From an uncultured Actinomycetes bacterium (lineage in GTDB: Bacteria; Actinomycetota; Actinomycetes; Streptosporangiales; Streptosporangiaceae), in NCBI GenBank assembly GCA_963808315.1, contig CAWEFK010000012.1, positions 16,274-80,273 of the forward strand: a stretch of DNA of 64,000 nt, read 5' to 3'. Below are positions 1 to 11,233 of this stretch, in pieces (position 1 is the stretch's first letter; every line of letters starts with the position of its first letter). The notes under the pieces are model-generated. The model was given only the letters and a program-made list of their open reading frames with translations, did no database searches and was not told where the DNA came from. A program made the position numbers and the translations under genes.

Positions 1-243
1 ATAGCGGTCTTCCTCAGCGACCGGGTAGGTCCCGCGCCCGGCGACGCGGTAGATGATTCCCTCCGATACCAGGTCCTGCATCGCCCGCCGGACGGTCTGC
101 CTGCTGACCGAGTAGCTGGCCGACAGCTGCTCCTCGGTGGGAAGCTGGCGGCCATCGGAGTACTCGCCGTCGCGGATCGCGGTCCGGATCTGGGCGGCCA
201 GGGCCCGGTAGGCCGCGACCCTGACCCTGACCTCTTCTGGCAT
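1..243 (-). CDS. GntR-family transcriptional regulator, N-terminal winged-HTH part; the gene continues off the left edge of the window
   Basis: My own translation from ATG (243-241) gives MPEEVRVRVAAYRALAAQIRTAIRDGEYSDGRQLPTEEQLSASYSVSRQTVRRAMQDLVSEGIIYRVAGRGTYPV. This is a canonical GntR HTH signature. It is absent from the ORF track because no stop lies in the window; the listed ORF 14..301 is a different frame. Confidence 0.8.
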   Translation of the reverse strand, partial: MPEEVRVRVAAYRALAAQIRTAIRDGEYSDGRQLPTEEQLSASYSVSRQTVRRAMQDLVSEGIIYRVAGRGTYPVAEEDRY

Positions 244-354
244 CTGCGTCCGGTTCCTTCGCGCTTGCCTGGCCGGCGGCCGGAGGAGATGGCGCCAGCA
301 CGCACAGACAGTATGCCCCCTTGGCTTGACGCCGCCTACACCTTCGTGCCTAAA

Positions 355-386
355 TGGCCGTACATATTTGTGCTATTAGTCGGCCA
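355..386. promoter_or_regulatory. Possible operator/promoter in the GntR-PrpD divergent intergenic region
   Basis: Inverted arms TGGCCG (355-360) and CGGCCA (381-386) flank an AT-rich core GTACATATTTGTGCTATTAGT. A TTGACG hexamer lies at about 325-330. This is the only AT-rich patch between the divergent genes. Confidence 0.2.
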
Positions 387-409
387 ATACTGCGGAGCTG
401 GGGAATCCG

Positions 410-1658
410 ATGACGTCCGTGGCCACGACCCTGGCCCGGTGGGCCGCACAGCTCGATCCGGAACCGGGTGACCTCGAGCTGGCGGCCCGGTCGCTGCTGG
501 ATACGGTGGCGGTCACCCTGGCCGCCCGGGACCACCGCGTGACCCGGCTGGCGGCCGGCCTGCCGGAGGGCGGGCGCTGGGCCGTCGCCGGGCACGTGCT
601 GGACTTCGACGACCTGCACATGCCGTCGACCACGCACGTCAGCGCGGTCTGCGTGCCGACGGCCCTGGCCATGAGCGGCGGGCCGAGAGCCTACCTGGCC
701 GCGGCCGGAGTGATGGCGCGGCTGGGGACGGCCCTGGGCTGGCCACACTACTCGGCCGGCTGGCACGCGACCTGCACCGCCGGGGCGCCCGGCCAGCGCG
801 GCCGGGGCGGCCGTCGCGCTCGGGCTGCCGGCCGAGCGCATCGCGGTGGCCATGGCGCTGGCCGTACCGGCGGCCGGCGGGGTCCAGCGGGCCTTCGGCA
901 CGGACGCCAAGTCACTGCAGGTCGGGTTCGCCGTCGAGGCGGGGATCCGGGCGGCCCGGCTCGCGGCGGCGGGCGCACAGGCCGATCCCGCGGCCGTGGA
1001 TGCCTGGCTCGCCCTGGTCGGCGGCGACCCGGCCGCCGTGGATCCGTCCGGACCCGCGGTGCCGAACGGACTGGCCATCAAGCTCTACCCGTGTTGTTAT
1101 GCGCTCCAACGGCCGATCAGCGCCCTGTCGGAGCTGGCCAGGGCCGGGACGGGGCGGGAACCTGGCGGGATACGCCGGATAGTCTTGCGGACCCCGGAAG
1201 CCACGGTCGTGCCGCTGATCCATCATCGCCCGGAGTCCGGGCTGCAGGGCAAGTTCAGCCTGGAGTACGCGGCCGCGGCCGCGGTGCTCGATGCCTATCC
1301 AGGGTTCGGCAGCTTTACCGACGCGGCCGTCCGCCGCGATGCCGCCCGGCGGCTGGTCGGCCTGGTCGAGGTCATCCTCGACCCCGGCGGCAGCTGGCTG
1401 CTCGACGGCGAGCTCCAGGCGGAGATCCACACCGGCGACGGGACGGTCCTGCGGGCCCGCCAGCGGTTCCCGCCGGGCTCCCCGGCGCGCCCGCCCTCGG
1501 CGGCCCAGCTGGAGGCCAAGCTGGCCGACTGCGTGCGCGGTCTGGCCACCGATCCGGCCTCCTGGAACTGGGAGAACGCGGCGGGCGTGCTCCGGCGGTT
1601 CCTCCCGGGCCCGAACCAGAAGAGCCAAGCAGAAGGTGAGCAGGCATGGACGAGCTGA
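410..1658 (+). pseudogene. MmgE/PrpD-family (2-methylcitrate dehydratase-like) protein, split by one frame shift near 785-795
   Basis: ORF 410..1639 reads a PrpD-like N-terminus (LLDTVAVTLAA, LDFDDLHMPSTTHVSAV, GWHATCTAGA) and then turns Arg/Gly-rich junk. ORF 846..1658, extended upstream in its own frame, continues ASAAGAAVALGLPAERIAVAMALAV and a coherent C-terminal domain. Confidence 0.8.
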
Positions 1659-2802
1659 ACGAGGACGAGCGCGCCATGGTCGGACTCGTCCGTGATTTCG
1701 TCAACCGTGACGTCAAGCCGGTCGTGCGCGAGCTCGAGCACGACAACGCCTACCCCGGCAAGCTCATCGAGCAGATGAAACAGCTCGGCGTCTTCGGCCT
1801 GGCCATCCCGGAGCCCTGGGGGACCGCCCAGGTCAGCACGTCCTGCTACGCCATGATCACCGAAGAGCTGGCCCGCGGGTGGATGAGCCTGGCCGGGGCC
1901 ATGGGCGGTCATACCGTGGTCGCCAAGCTGCTGCTGACCTACGGGACCGAGGAGCAGAAAAATGCCTACCTGCCGCGGATGGCCACCGGCGAGCTGCGGG
2001 CGACGATGGCGCTGACCGAGCCGGGCGGCGGATCCGACCTGCAGGCGATCCGGACGACGGCCCGCCGGGACGGGGAATCCTACGTCATCAGCGGGTCCAA
2101 GACCTGGATCACCAACGCTCGCCGGTCGGGACTTGTCGCGCTGCTGTGCAAGACCGACCCGGTGGCCCGGCCCGCGCACGCCGGGATCAGCATCATCCTG
2201 GCCGAGCCGGGACCGGGGTTCACGGTATCGCGTGACCTGCCTAAACTCGGCTACAAGGGGGTCGAGAGCTGCGAGCTCAGCTTCGACGACTTCCGGGTCC
2301 CCGCCGCGGCGCTGCTCGGCGAGCGCGAAGGCGAGGGCTTCGCGCAGATGATGCGCGGCCTGGAAATCGGCCGGATCCAGGTGGCCTCCCGGGCCCTCGG
2401 GGTGGGCCAGGCGGCGCTGGAGGACTCACTGCGGTACGCGCAGCAACGGCAGTCGTTCGGCCAGCCAATCTGGAAGCACCAGTCCATCGGCAACTACCTG
2501 GCCGACATGGCGACCAAGCTCACCGCGGCGCGCCAGCTCGTCCTGTACGCCGCGCGGTGCTACGACTCGGCCGGCGGGCGGACCTGGAGGCCGGCATGGC
2601 CAAGCTCTTCGCCTCCGAGGCCGCGATGGAGATCGCGCTGGACGCGGTGCGCATCCACGGCGGCTACGGCTACTCGACCGAATTCGACGTGGAACGCTAC
2701 TTCCGCGACGCGCCGCTGATGATCGTCGGTGAGGGCACCAACGAGATCCAGCGCAACATCATCGCCCGCCAGCTCATCCAGCGTTACCCGGCCGGCTCAT
2801 GA
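1646..2802 (+). pseudogene. Acyl-CoA dehydrogenase, split by one frame shift near 2565-2582
   Basis: ORF 1646..2719 shows ACAD motifs (ALTEPGGGSDL, SGSKTWITNA). The C-terminus (ADLEAGMAKLFASEAAMEIALDAVRIHGGYGYSTEFDVERYFRDAPLMIVGEGTNEIQRNIIARQL) lies in ORF 2557..2802. Confidence 0.85.
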
Positions 2803-4061
2803 CCAGCCCGGAGGGCGGCCTGCCGCTGGCCGGGCTGCTGGTGGTGGCGCTTGAGCAGGCGGTGGCGGCCCCGTTCGCCACCCGGCAGCTCGCCGACCTC
2901 GGCGCCCGCGTCATCAAGGTGGAGCGGCCCGGCGGCGACTTCGCCCGCGGCTATGACCGGACGGTGCTCGGCCAGGCCAGCTACTTCGTCTGGCTGAACC
3001 GGGGCAAGGAATCGGTGGAGCTCGACGTCAAGACCCCGGCCGGCCAGGCGGCGCTGGCCGCGCTGCTGTCCCGGGCCGACATCTTCGTGCAGAATCTCGC
3101 CCCGGGTGCGGCCGAACGGCTCGGGCTCGGCGCCGACCAGCTCCGGGCCCGTCATCCGCGGCTTATCTGCTGCTCGGTCTCCGGCTACGGGCCGGACGGG
3201 CCCTACGCCGGCAAAAAGGCCTACGACCTGCTGGTGCAGTGTGAGGCCGGGCTGCTTTCCGTCACCGGCACCCCGGAAGCTCCGTGCAAGGCCGGGATCT
3301 CGGTGGCCGACATCGCGGCCGGCATGTACGCCTACAGCGGGATGCTGACCGCGCTGTACGAGCGGGAGCGCACCGGCCGCGGCGCGAGCTTGCAGGTGTC
3401 CCTGCTTGACGCGCTGGGCGAGTGGATGAGCCAGCCGCTGTACTACACGGTCTACGGCGGGCAGGACGTCCGGCGCACCGGGGCCCGGCACGCGTCCATC
3501 TCGCCGTACGGGCCCTACCTGGGCGGGCAGGTGTTCCTGGGCCTGCAGAACGATCGTGAGTGGGCCGTGCTCTGCGAGCAGGTCCTGGGCCGGCCCGACC
3601 TGATCACCGACGAGCGGTTCGCCACCAACCCCGACCGGGTGGCCCACGACGACGCGCTGACGCCGATCATCGAGGCCGCCCTGGGCGACATGGCGCCAGA
3701 ACAGGTGGTGGCCCGGCTGGACGCGGCCGGCATCGCCAGCGCCCGGTTGCGCACGCCCGCGGAGTTCGCGGCGCACCCGCAGCTCGCGGCCCGGGACCGG
3801 TGGCGTGAGGTGGCCACCCCGGCCGGCCCGGTCCGGGCGCTGCTCCCGCCGGTGACCGTGCCCGGCCGCGAGGCCGCCATGGGCGCGGTGCCCGGGCTCG
3901 GTCAGCACACCGACGCCGTACTGTCCGAATTCGAGATCCCCCTCGCCAGCGGCGGCCAGGAGGCACATCATGTGCCAGAGCCCCTGGGAACCGGAGGAAG
4001 CCGAGTGGACGCTGACGGCGCAGGCACCCGCACCGCCGCCACTGACGAGAGGATGTCATGA
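2799..4061 (+). CDS. Family III CoA-transferase (CaiB/BaiF type)
   Basis: N-terminal motif LAGLLVVALEQAVAAPFATRQLADLGARVIKVERPGGDFARGYD. Its ATG overlaps the ACAD stop (ATGA). Confidence 0.9.
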   Translation: MTSPEGGLPLAGLLVVALEQAVAAPFATRQLADLGARVIKVERPGGDFARGYDRTVLGQASYFVWLNRGKESVELDVKTPAGQAALAALLSRADIFVQNLAPGAAERLGLGADQLRARHPRLICCSVSGYGPDGPYAGKKAYDLLVQCEAGLLSVTGTPEAPCKAGISVADIAAGMYAYSGMLTALYERERTGRGASLQVSLLDALGEWMSQPLYYTVYGGQDVRRTGARHASISPYGPYLGGQVFLGLQNDREWAVLCEQVLGRPDLITDERFATNPDRVAHDDALTPIIEAALGDMAPEQVVARLDAAGIASARLRTPAEFAAHPQLAARDRWREVATPAGPVRALLPPVTVPGREAAMGAVPGLGQHTDAVLSEFEIPLASGGQEAHHVPEPLGTGGSRVDADGAGTRTAATDERMS

Positions 4062-5551
4062 CCGACACGGCAACGAACGTTGACCAGCCGCGCTACCAGC
4101 TCGTCATCGACGGGCAGCGGGTAGAGGCGGCCTCCGGGCAGCGGTACGACAGCGTCGACCCGTACCTCGGCGCGCCCTGGTCCTCGGCGGCCGACGGCGG
4201 CGGCGCCGACGTCGACGCCGCGGTGGCCGCCGCGCGCCGCGCGCTGACCGGGCCGTGGGGTCAGCTGACCGGGTTCGGGCGGGCCGCCCTGATGCGACGG
4301 CTCGGCGACCTGATCGCCCGGGACGCGGACCGGCTGGCCGAGATCGAGACCCGCGACACCGGCAAGCTGCTCCGCGAGATGCGCGGGCAGCTGGGCACCA
4401 TCCCTGAGTGGTTCTACTACTTCTCCGGGCTGGCCGACAAGCTCGAGGGCACCACCGTCCCGGTGGACAAGCCGAACTTCCTCGTCTACACCCGCCACGA
4501 GCCGGCCGGGGTGGTCGCGGCGATCGTGCCGTGGAACTCCCCGCTGCTGCTGCTGACCTGGAAGCTGGCACCGGCCCTGGCCGCGGGCTGCACGATGGTG
4601 GCCAAACCGAGCGACTACTCCCCCGCCTCGGCGGTCGAGCTGGCCGCGCTGATGGACGAGGCCGGGTTCCCGCCGGGCGTGTTCAACGTCGTCACCGGCT
4701 TCGGGCCCGCGGTCGGCAAGGCCCTGGCCGCGCACCCGGACGTGGACAAGGTCGCGTTCACCGGCTCGACCGCCGTCGGCGCGCAGGTGGCCGCGGCGGC
4801 GGCGGCGAACATCACCGGGGTGCTGCTCGAGCTCGGCGGCAAGTCCGCGCACCTGGTCTTCGACGACGCCGACCTCGACGCGGCCTGCAACGGCGTGCTG
4901 GCCGGCGTGTTCGCCGCCACCGGCCAGACCTGCATGGCCGGCTCACGGCTGCTGGTGGCCCGGTCCGTGCACGACGCGCTGGTGGACAAGATCACCGGCC
5001 GGGCCCGGGCGATCCGGCTCGGTGACCCGCGGGCGGCCGACACCGAGATGGGCCCGGTGGCCACCGAGCCGCAGTACCGCAAGGTGCTGTCGTTCCTGGA
5101 GTCGGCGGCCGGCGAGGGCGCGACCATCGCGGCAGGCGGTCACGCGGACGAGGCGCTCGGCGGCTTCTTCGTCCAGCCCACCGTGCTGACCGGCGTCAAG
5201 CCGACCATGACGGTGGCGTGCGAGGAGGTCTTCGGCCCGGTGCTGTCCGTCATCGGATTCGACACCGAGGACGAGGCCATCGCGCTGGCCAACGACAGCC
5301 GCTACGGGCTGGCCGGCGCCGTCTGGACCAAGGACATCCACCGCGGTCACCGGGTCGCCCACGCCCTGCGCACCGGCACCGTATGGATCAACGCCTACCG
5401 GGTGGTGGGGCCGGACGTCCCGTTCGGCGGGTACGGGCTGTCCGGGCTCGGCCGCGAGAACGGCATCGACGCGGTCCACGAGTACACCCAGACCAAGGCC
5501 ATCTGGGTGGAGCTCACCGGCGGCACCCGCGACCCCTTCACCCTCGGTTGA
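4058..5551 (+). CDS. NAD(P)-dependent aldehyde dehydrogenase
   Basis: 497 aa with FTGSTAVG, ELGGKSA and the FAATGQTCMAGSR catalytic-Cys region. The start overlaps the preceding stop. Confidence 0.92.
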   Translation: MTDTATNVDQPRYQLVIDGQRVEAASGQRYDSVDPYLGAPWSSAADGGGADVDAAVAAARRALTGPWGQLTGFGRAALMRRLGDLIARDADRLAEIETRDTGKLLREMRGQLGTIPEWFYYFSGLADKLEGTTVPVDKPNFLVYTRHEPAGVVAAIVPWNSPLLLLTWKLAPALAAGCTMVAKPSDYSPASAVELAALMDEAGFPPGVFNVVTGFGPAVGKALAAHPDVDKVAFTGSTAVGAQVAAAAAANITGVLLELGGKSAHLVFDDADLDAACNGVLAGVFAATGQTCMAGSRLLVARSVHDALVDKITGRARAIRLGDPRAADTEMGPVATEPQYRKVLSFLESAAGEGATIAAGGHADEALGGFFVQPTVLTGVKPTMTVACEEVFGPVLSVIGFDTEDEAIALANDSRYGLAGAVWTKDIHRGHRVAHALRTGTVWINAYRVVGPDVPFGGYGLSGLGRENGIDAVHEYTQTKAIWVELTGGTRDPFTLG

Positions 5552-5631
5552 GCGGGGTCGCGAGCCGGTACGGGTGAGCCTGGCACGCACCAAGGACCGT
5601 TCGGCCGCCTTCGGTTCGAGCCGATGGGTGT

Positions 5632-6380
5632 TCAGCCGTTCGCGATGATTCGCAGGAACGTCGTCGGCTGGCCGGAATGATACCGCTTCTCCTGGCTGAG
5701 CCGTAGTGCGATAGGCCCGCCCTGGAAGCCGTGGGAATAGACCATGGGATCAGCTTCCCGCACGCCGCCGATGGCGAGTACCACGACGTGGATTCCCGTT
5801 CCCCCGCGGAATACACAGAGGTCCCCGCGCCAGGTCTGCTCGAACGGGATGTGCGGCAGGTGCGAGAGCATGGTGCCCGTATAGCCGCTGCCGTCGTAAT
5901 TCAGGCCGTTGGGGTCGGGCATCTCGCTCCGCTCGGCCATTATGGTGACGAAGCCGGAGCAGTCGGTGGTGACGCTGCTGCTGGTACGAGCCGGAGGCCG
6001 GGGATCGGCTGGACCTCGGCGTAGTCCCAGTGTGCCTTATCGCTGACGGCCCAGGCGCAGTTGTCCACCATGGCGAATTCGAAGTGGAGCTGGCGTCCGC
6101 CCCACCAGGGGACGGCTGTGTCGGCGGGCAGGTCGAGGACGCCGACTGGGCGGGCGCGGTGGCAGATCCGGCGGTGGTGGCCGACGCCTGGCACGAGGAG
6201 GTCGACTTCGCGGAGCAGTTCGTCGCCGGCTCGCCCGACCACGCCGTCCGCAGCCCCATGCAAGACGGCACGACCGTCGCGCTGCGCGAGGTGATACTGC
6301 CCTGCGCACAGCCAGAGCAGGGTGGGCTCCACCGCGAAACGCCCTCCCTGCTCGAGTAGTACGCATTCAGAGAGAAGCAC
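5632..6380 (-). pseudogene. NlpC/P60 (C40)-like cysteine peptidase domain protein with an unrecognised N-terminal domain; frame shift near 5975-6000
   Basis: The C-terminal frame reads TTDCSGFVTIMAERSE...WRGDLCVFRGGTGIHVVVLAIGG...MVYSHG, giving the DCSGF catalytic Cys and His residues of the NlpC/P60 fold. The N-terminal 146-aa ORF (5940..6380) is in another frame and ends exactly where the peptidase domain begins. Confidence 0.55.
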
Positions 6381-6444
6381 CGCATTCCTTCGCGTCCTAG
6401 CGTTGGTCAGTCAGATACGCGACGAATTGCGAGGGGCAGGCGCA

Positions 6445-7827
6445 GTGGCTGACCATGCCGTGGTACTCGGGGGCAGTATCGCAGGGTTGCTCGCAGCCCG
6501 GGTGCTGGCGGATACCTGCGAGCAGGTGACAGTTGTCGATCGTGACGTCTTTTCCGAGGTGATCCAGCCTCGGCAGGCCGTACCGCAAGGCCACCATATT
6601 CACGCTCTGCTGGCCCGCGGCCAGCAGATCTTCGAGGAGATCTTTCCCGGGTTCACCGACGAGCTGATCAGTCGCGGCGTACCCGTCGGCGACTTCGGGA
6701 TGAGCCTGAGCTGGTACTTCAACGGCAAGATGATCCGCAAGGCGCACACCGGGCTAGTCTGCATGGCGGCCGGGCGGCCACTGCTGGAAACTTACATTCG
6801 CGGCCGTGTGCGGGCGATGCCCAACGTGACCTTCCGTGAAAATACCAGCATCCGCGGGCTTGTCACGCCGACCGTTCCCAGCCGTATCACCGGCGTGCGC
6901 ATCCAGGGCCCCGACGCGAGCGCGCCGGAAGAAGTGCTCGACGCCGACCTGGTCGTCGATACGACAGGCCGCGGGTCGCGCATGCCGCACTGGCTGGAGG
7001 AACTGGGCTACGGGCGGGTCGAGGAAGAGCGGGTCGCGATGGACCTGACCTACACCACCTGCGACTACCGGGCACCATTGTCGTTCGACCCGATCGGCGA
7101 GGACATTGCCATCATTCCGGTGGCGACTCCGGCCATGCCGCGCGGGGCGATCTTCGCGAGGATGCCGGACCGCTACGCGATCTCTCTCACCGGCATCCTC
7201 GGTGACCGGCCGCCGACCGATCGCGAGGGATTCCTCGAATACATCAAGTCCCTCCCCGTTCCGGAGATCTACCAGGCGGCCCGCCGGGCCGAGCCGCTCG
7301 GCACGCCGGCCACTTTCCGGTTTCCCGCGAGCATCCGGCGGCACTACGAACGGCTGCCCAAGCTCCCCGGCGGCCTGCTAGCGATGGGGGACGCGGCGTG
7401 CATCTTCAACCCCGTGTACGCCCAGGGAATGACCGCCGCTGCGGTCGAGGCGCTCGTCTTGGCCGGGCATCTGGCCGAGGGCTCGCCGCAGCCAGCCGGA
7501 TACTTCCGTGCCCTCGCGCGGGTGATCGACGCGCCGTGGGATATGTCGGCCGGCGCCGATCTCGGCTTCAAAGGAACGAAGGGCCGGCGCACGCTGAAGG
7601 TACGGATGGGAAACATCTACATCCCGCGGCTGCAAGCGGCCGCCGTGACCGATGGCTTCCTCTCGGCGGCGTTCCTGCGGACGGCCGGGCTCGTCGACCC
7701 GCCGCAGGCGCTATTGCGACCCGGCGTCGTCGCGCGCGTGCTGTTCTCACGGTCCGGCGGACCTGCCATCGCGACGGGCAGGCCCGCCACGAGGCTGCCG
7801 GACACCGACCACGTCACAACCAGGTAG
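6445..7827 (+). CDS. FAD-dependent oxidoreductase/monooxygenase
   Basis: Track ORF 6322..7827. The Rossmann motif AVVLGGSIAGLLAARVL...VTVVDRD follows directly after GTG 6445, which has GAGGGG 8 nt upstream. The earlier start would overlap the convergent gene. A GDAACIFNPVYAQGM motif occurs late in the protein. Confidence 0.8.
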   Translation: MADHAVVLGGSIAGLLAARVLADTCEQVTVVDRDVFSEVIQPRQAVPQGHHIHALLARGQQIFEEIFPGFTDELISRGVPVGDFGMSLSWYFNGKMIRKAHTGLVCMAAGRPLLETYIRGRVRAMPNVTFRENTSIRGLVTPTVPSRITGVRIQGPDASAPEEVLDADLVVDTTGRGSRMPHWLEELGYGRVEEERVAMDLTYTTCDYRAPLSFDPIGEDIAIIPVATPAMPRGAIFARMPDRYAISLTGILGDRPPTDREGFLEYIKSLPVPEIYQAARRAEPLGTPATFRFPASIRRHYERLPKLPGGLLAMGDAACIFNPVYAQGMTAAAVEALVLAGHLAEGSPQPAGYFRALARVIDAPWDMSAGADLGFKGTKGRRTLKVRMGNIYIPRLQAAAVTDGFLSAAFLRTAGLVDPPQALLRPGVVARVLFSRSGGPAIATGRPATRLPDTDHVTTR

Positions 7828-7878
7828 CCGCGGCAAGTCCGGCGCGGCTGTCGGGATGAAAGGTGAACGGAAGCAATC

Positions 7879-8676
7879 ATGAGCTCAACCGTAAGTACGA
7901 AAACCGCCCTCCGCCAGCTGACCGGCGGGCATGCGGAACCGGTCCTTGTGGCTGAGTTCCAGGCCTGGACCAACGCCCCCAGGCTGAGCCGGCTCCTGAG
8001 CGGCCTGGCGGAAGGTCACCCGGTATATCAGATCGATCCGGTCGGCGTGCTGTCCGGAGACCAGCTCTACCTGCCGTTGCGGGACCTGGCCGCCGCGTGC
8101 GTCGAGGAGTTCTTGGCCTCCGGGCCGCCCGATGGCCGCATCTTCATCGCGGGTCACTGCAGCGCGTCCGCGCTATCGCTGCACGTGGCCAGGCTGCTCG
8201 GGGAATCCCGCGACGTTACCGCGGTCCTGGTGGCGCCGGTCTGGCCGGACGAGGAACACGTCCGGGACCGGTTCGCGGAATCCCTGTCCAAGCTCGGCGC
8301 CCCCGCACGCCCCTGCCCCGAGCTGGACGGTGACCCGGCCGCCGCCGTGGGTCGGATGGAGAGCGTCATCATGGAGGAACTTATCGCGGTCGCGGCCAGC
8401 CGGGGCGTGCACCGCCCGGCGAACGTGTTCCGGGAACTGGTCGCCTGGTATCGCGGCTGGCTAGCCTTCCTCCTGGCCTGTCACAACGATCCGCCCATGG
8501 CATGGGCGACGTCGTCAGCCGAGGTGATCGTGCTGTCTCCGGCGACCGCCAAATGTACTGTCCCCGGACTGAGCGACGACGCGTATCAGCTCCGCCAGAT
8601 TCCCGTCCTCCGTGAGGAGGACCCCATCACACCGGAGCTGGCCGAGTCCGTGCTTGCGCAGATCACAAGTCACTGA
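7879..8676 (+). CDS. Alpha/beta-hydrolase / type-II-thioesterase-like protein with Cys at the nucleophile-elbow position (GHCSA)
   Basis: 265 aa. IFIAGHCSASALSLHVA resembles the GHSxG elbow of thioesterases but carries Cys. I could not place the His/Asp of a triad by eye, so the function is uncertain. Confidence 0.45.
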   Translation: MSSTVSTKTALRQLTGGHAEPVLVAEFQAWTNAPRLSRLLSGLAEGHPVYQIDPVGVLSGDQLYLPLRDLAAACVEEFLASGPPDGRIFIAGHCSASALSLHVARLLGESRDVTAVLVAPVWPDEEHVRDRFAESLSKLGAPARPCPELDGDPAAAVGRMESVIMEELIAVAASRGVHRPANVFRELVAWYRGWLAFLLACHNDPPMAWATSSAEVIVLSPATAKCTVPGLSDDAYQLRQIPVLREEDPITPELAESVLAQITSH

Positions 8677-8807
8677 GGCGGACGCGCGCTTGCTGGCAAT
8701 CCAGGAGGTGCCTGCGCACTACGGCGAAGGCAACAATTCAATGAGGAATTAACCCCCGAGTCACGGCGTCACTGATCTTCATGCGAACTCACCGGAGGTA
8801 ACGTCCC

Positions 8808-10052
8808 GTGAAAGATGCTCTGTGTCCAGTCGTTCTCGACCGAAACGGCGCCGATGTTCACGGTGAGGCCCGCCGGCTGCGTGAGCGGGGGCCGGTTACC
8901 CGCATCGAGCTCCCCGGTGGCGTGCCGGCCTGGTCGGTCAACACCTATGCGATGGTCAAGCAGGTCTTGGCCGATCACCAGCGCTTCGGCAAAGACCCGA
9001 AGAGCTGGACCGCGTACGTGAACGGGGAAATCCCGCCGGACTGGCCGATGATCGGCTGGGTCGTGATGGACACCATGACCACCAACGACGACGCCGACCA
9101 CGCCCGCCTGCGAAGCCTGCTGATGAAGGCCTTCACGACCCGTCGCGTCGAGGCTATGCAGCCGCGCATCAGGGAAGCGGTGACCGGCCTGCTCGACGCG
9201 CTGGCCGCCACCGAGCCCGGCCAGACGATAGATCTCAAGGCGAACTACTGCAAGGCGCTGCCCGCCCAGCTGATGTGCGAGCTGTTCGGCGTCCCCGAGG
9301 AATCCAGGAACGAGGTGCTGCAGGGTGGCATCACCAACATCGACACCAGGATTACGCCTGAGGAAGCCGAGGCTAACGTCGCGCAGTGGCACGTCGCCAT
9401 CACCAAGCTCATCGAGGACAAGCAGCGCGAGCCCGCGGATGACCTCGCCAGCGCCCTGATCGCGGCGCGTGAGGAGGACGGCTCGAAGCTGAGCGAATCC
9501 GAGCTGCTGGGCACCTTGCACCTGCTACTCGGCGCTGGTTCCGAGACGCTGATGAACGCCCTGAGCCACTCGATCCTCGCCGTGCTGGACGATCCCGGAC
9601 TCCGCGAGCAGGTGACTTCCGGCCAGATCTCCTGGGATGACGTGTTCGAGGAGACGCTCCGGGTGGAGTCACCCGTCGCGCTGTTCCCGTTCCGCTACGC
9701 CCGCGAGCGAGTCGAGCTGGACGGCGTGACGATCGAGAAAGGCGACGTGCTGATCATCAGCTTCATCGGTGCCGGACGGGATCCGGCCGTGCACGGCGAG
9801 ACCGCGGAGCAGTTCGACGTCTGCCGGGCCGACAAGACACATCTCTCGTTCGGTCATGGCGTCCACTACTGCCTGGGGATCCGGCTAGCCAAGCTGGCCG
9901 CCTCCATCTGCCTGCCCGCACTGTTCGAGCGGTTCCCCGACATGACCCTCGCGGTCCGCCGGGACGAGCTGGAGCCGCAGGGGACCTTCATCATGAACGG
10001 GCACCTAACACTGCCCGTCTACCTCACCGCCCCAGTCGTAGCCGGGATCTAG
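8808..10052 (+). CDS. Cytochrome P450
   Basis: I-helix [13 protein letters not shown], and heme loop [13 protein letters not shown] start with GGAGG upstream. Confidence 0.95.
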   Translation: MKDALCPVVLDRNGADVHGEARRLRERGPVTRIELPGGVPAWSVNTYAMVKQVLADHQRFGKDPKSWTAYVNGEIPPDWPMIGWVVMDTMTTNDDADHARLRSLLMKAFTTRRVEAMQPRIREAVTGLLDALAATEPGQTIDLKANYCKALPAQLMCELFGVPEESRNEVLQGGITNIDTRITPEEAEANVAQWHVAITKLIEDKQREPADDLASALIAAREEDGSKLSESELLGTLHLLLGAGSETLMNALSHSILAVLDDPGLREQVTSGQISWDDVFEETLRVESPVALFPFRYARERVELDGVTIEKGDVLIISFIGAGRDPAVHGETAEQFDVCRADKTHLSFGHGVHYCLGIRLAKLAASICLPALFERFPDMTLAVRRDELEPQGTFIMNGHLTLPVYLTAPVVAGI

Positions 10053-10072
10053 CTGACGAGAGGACCACGGGA

Positions 10073-11233
10073 ATGCGTCCCTTCCGCATCGAGATCCCGG
10101 ACGCCGACCTGGATGAGCTGCGACGCCGCCTTGCGGCCACCCGCTGGCCAGCCGAGCTGCCCGGGAACAGCTGGGGTCGCGGTGTACCGCTCGACTACCT
10201 CAAGGAGCTAGCCGAGTACTGGCGCACCAGCTACGACTGGCGTTCAGCTGAGGCCGAGCTGAACAAATACCCGCAGTTCATCACCGAGATCGACGGCACC
10301 GACGTGCACTTCCTGCATGTCCGTTCCGCTGAACCGGACGCCACGCCGGTGATTCTCACCCACGGCTGGCCGGGCTCGATCGCGGAATTCACGGGGATCA
10401 TCGGACCGCTGACCGACCCCCGGGCTCATGGCGGGAACCCCGCCGACGCCTTCCACCTGGTCATCCCGTCCATACCGGGCTACGGATTCTCCGGCCCGCT
10501 CCGTGAACCCGGCTGGGACATGGTCAGGATCGCCCGCGCGTGGGCAGAGCTGATGCACCGCCTGGGCTACGACAGCTACGTCCCGCAAGGCGGTGACCTG
10601 GGTGCCTGGATCAGCCTGACGCTGGCCGGCGTGGACGCTGCGCATATTCGCGGCGCACACGTGAACTTTCTGGTGACACCCCCGCCCGAAGACCCTGCGG
10701 AGATGGCCGGCCTCGACGAGTCCGACCTCGCCCGCCTCGGCCTGCTGGCCCGGTTCGTCAGCGACGGGTCCGGGTACATGAGGATCCAGTCCACCCGGCC
10801 GCGGACGCTGTCGTACGGGCTGACCGACTCGCCCGTCGGTCAGCTGGCCTGGGTTGTCGAGAAGTTCTGGGAGTGGACCGACTCGGCCAAGGTCCCCGAG
10901 GACGCGGTGAACCGCGATCAGATGCTCACCAACGTCATGATCTACTGGCTGACCGCGACCGCCGGATCTGCCGCCAACCTCTACTACGAGGTCGCCGACC
11001 TCCTCCCGACCGCTGCGACGCCGCCCGGCCCGCAACCACCTCTGCCGGTACCACTAGGCGTCGCGGTCTACCCGCAGGACGCGGCACTGCCCATCCGGCA
11101 ATTCGCGGACCTGCAGTTTCCGAACATCGTGCACTGGCGCGAATACGACCGCGGTGGTCACTTCGCGGCCATGGAGCAGCCCGACGTATTCGTGACAGAC
11201 CTTCGGGCGTTTGTCCGTGCTCTCAGGCTATGA
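10073..11233 (+). CDS. Epoxide hydrolase (microsomal-EH N-terminal domain plus alpha/beta hydrolase)
   Basis: [23 protein letters not shown]...[29 protein letters not shown]...VHFLHVRS...ILTHGWPGS. Confidence 0.9.
   Translation: MRPFRIEIPDADLDELRRRLAATRWPAELPGNSWGRGVPLDYLKELAEYWRTSYDWRSAEAELNKYPQFITEIDGTDVHFLHVRSAEPDATPVILTHGWPGSIAEFTGIIGPLTDPRAHGGNPADAFHLVIPSIPGYGFSGPLREPGWDMVRIARAWAELMHRLGYDSYVPQGGDLGAWISLTLAGVDAAHIRGAHVNFLVTPPPEDPAEMAGLDESDLARLGLLARFVSDGSGYMRIQSTRPRTLSYGLTDSPVGQLAWVVEKFWEWTDSAKVPEDAVNRDQMLTNVMIYWLTATAGSAANLYYEVADLLPTAATPPGPQPPLPVPLGVAVYPQDAALPIRQFADLQFPNIVHWREYDRGGHFAAMEQPDVFVTDLRAFVRALRL

Noticed and set aside
350-1081. 243-aa minus-strand ORF overlapping the PrpD-like gene. 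Similar shadow ORFs occur over the CoA-transferase, ALDH, RecD2 (44133..45353, 44765..46255, 46098..47060), ABC (48021..49778) and PP2C genes (55426..57384, 56319..57326 part)
   Set aside because: The opposite-strand or alternative-frame genes have clear family motifs. These ORFs have low-complexity Ala/Arg/Pro/Gly composition.
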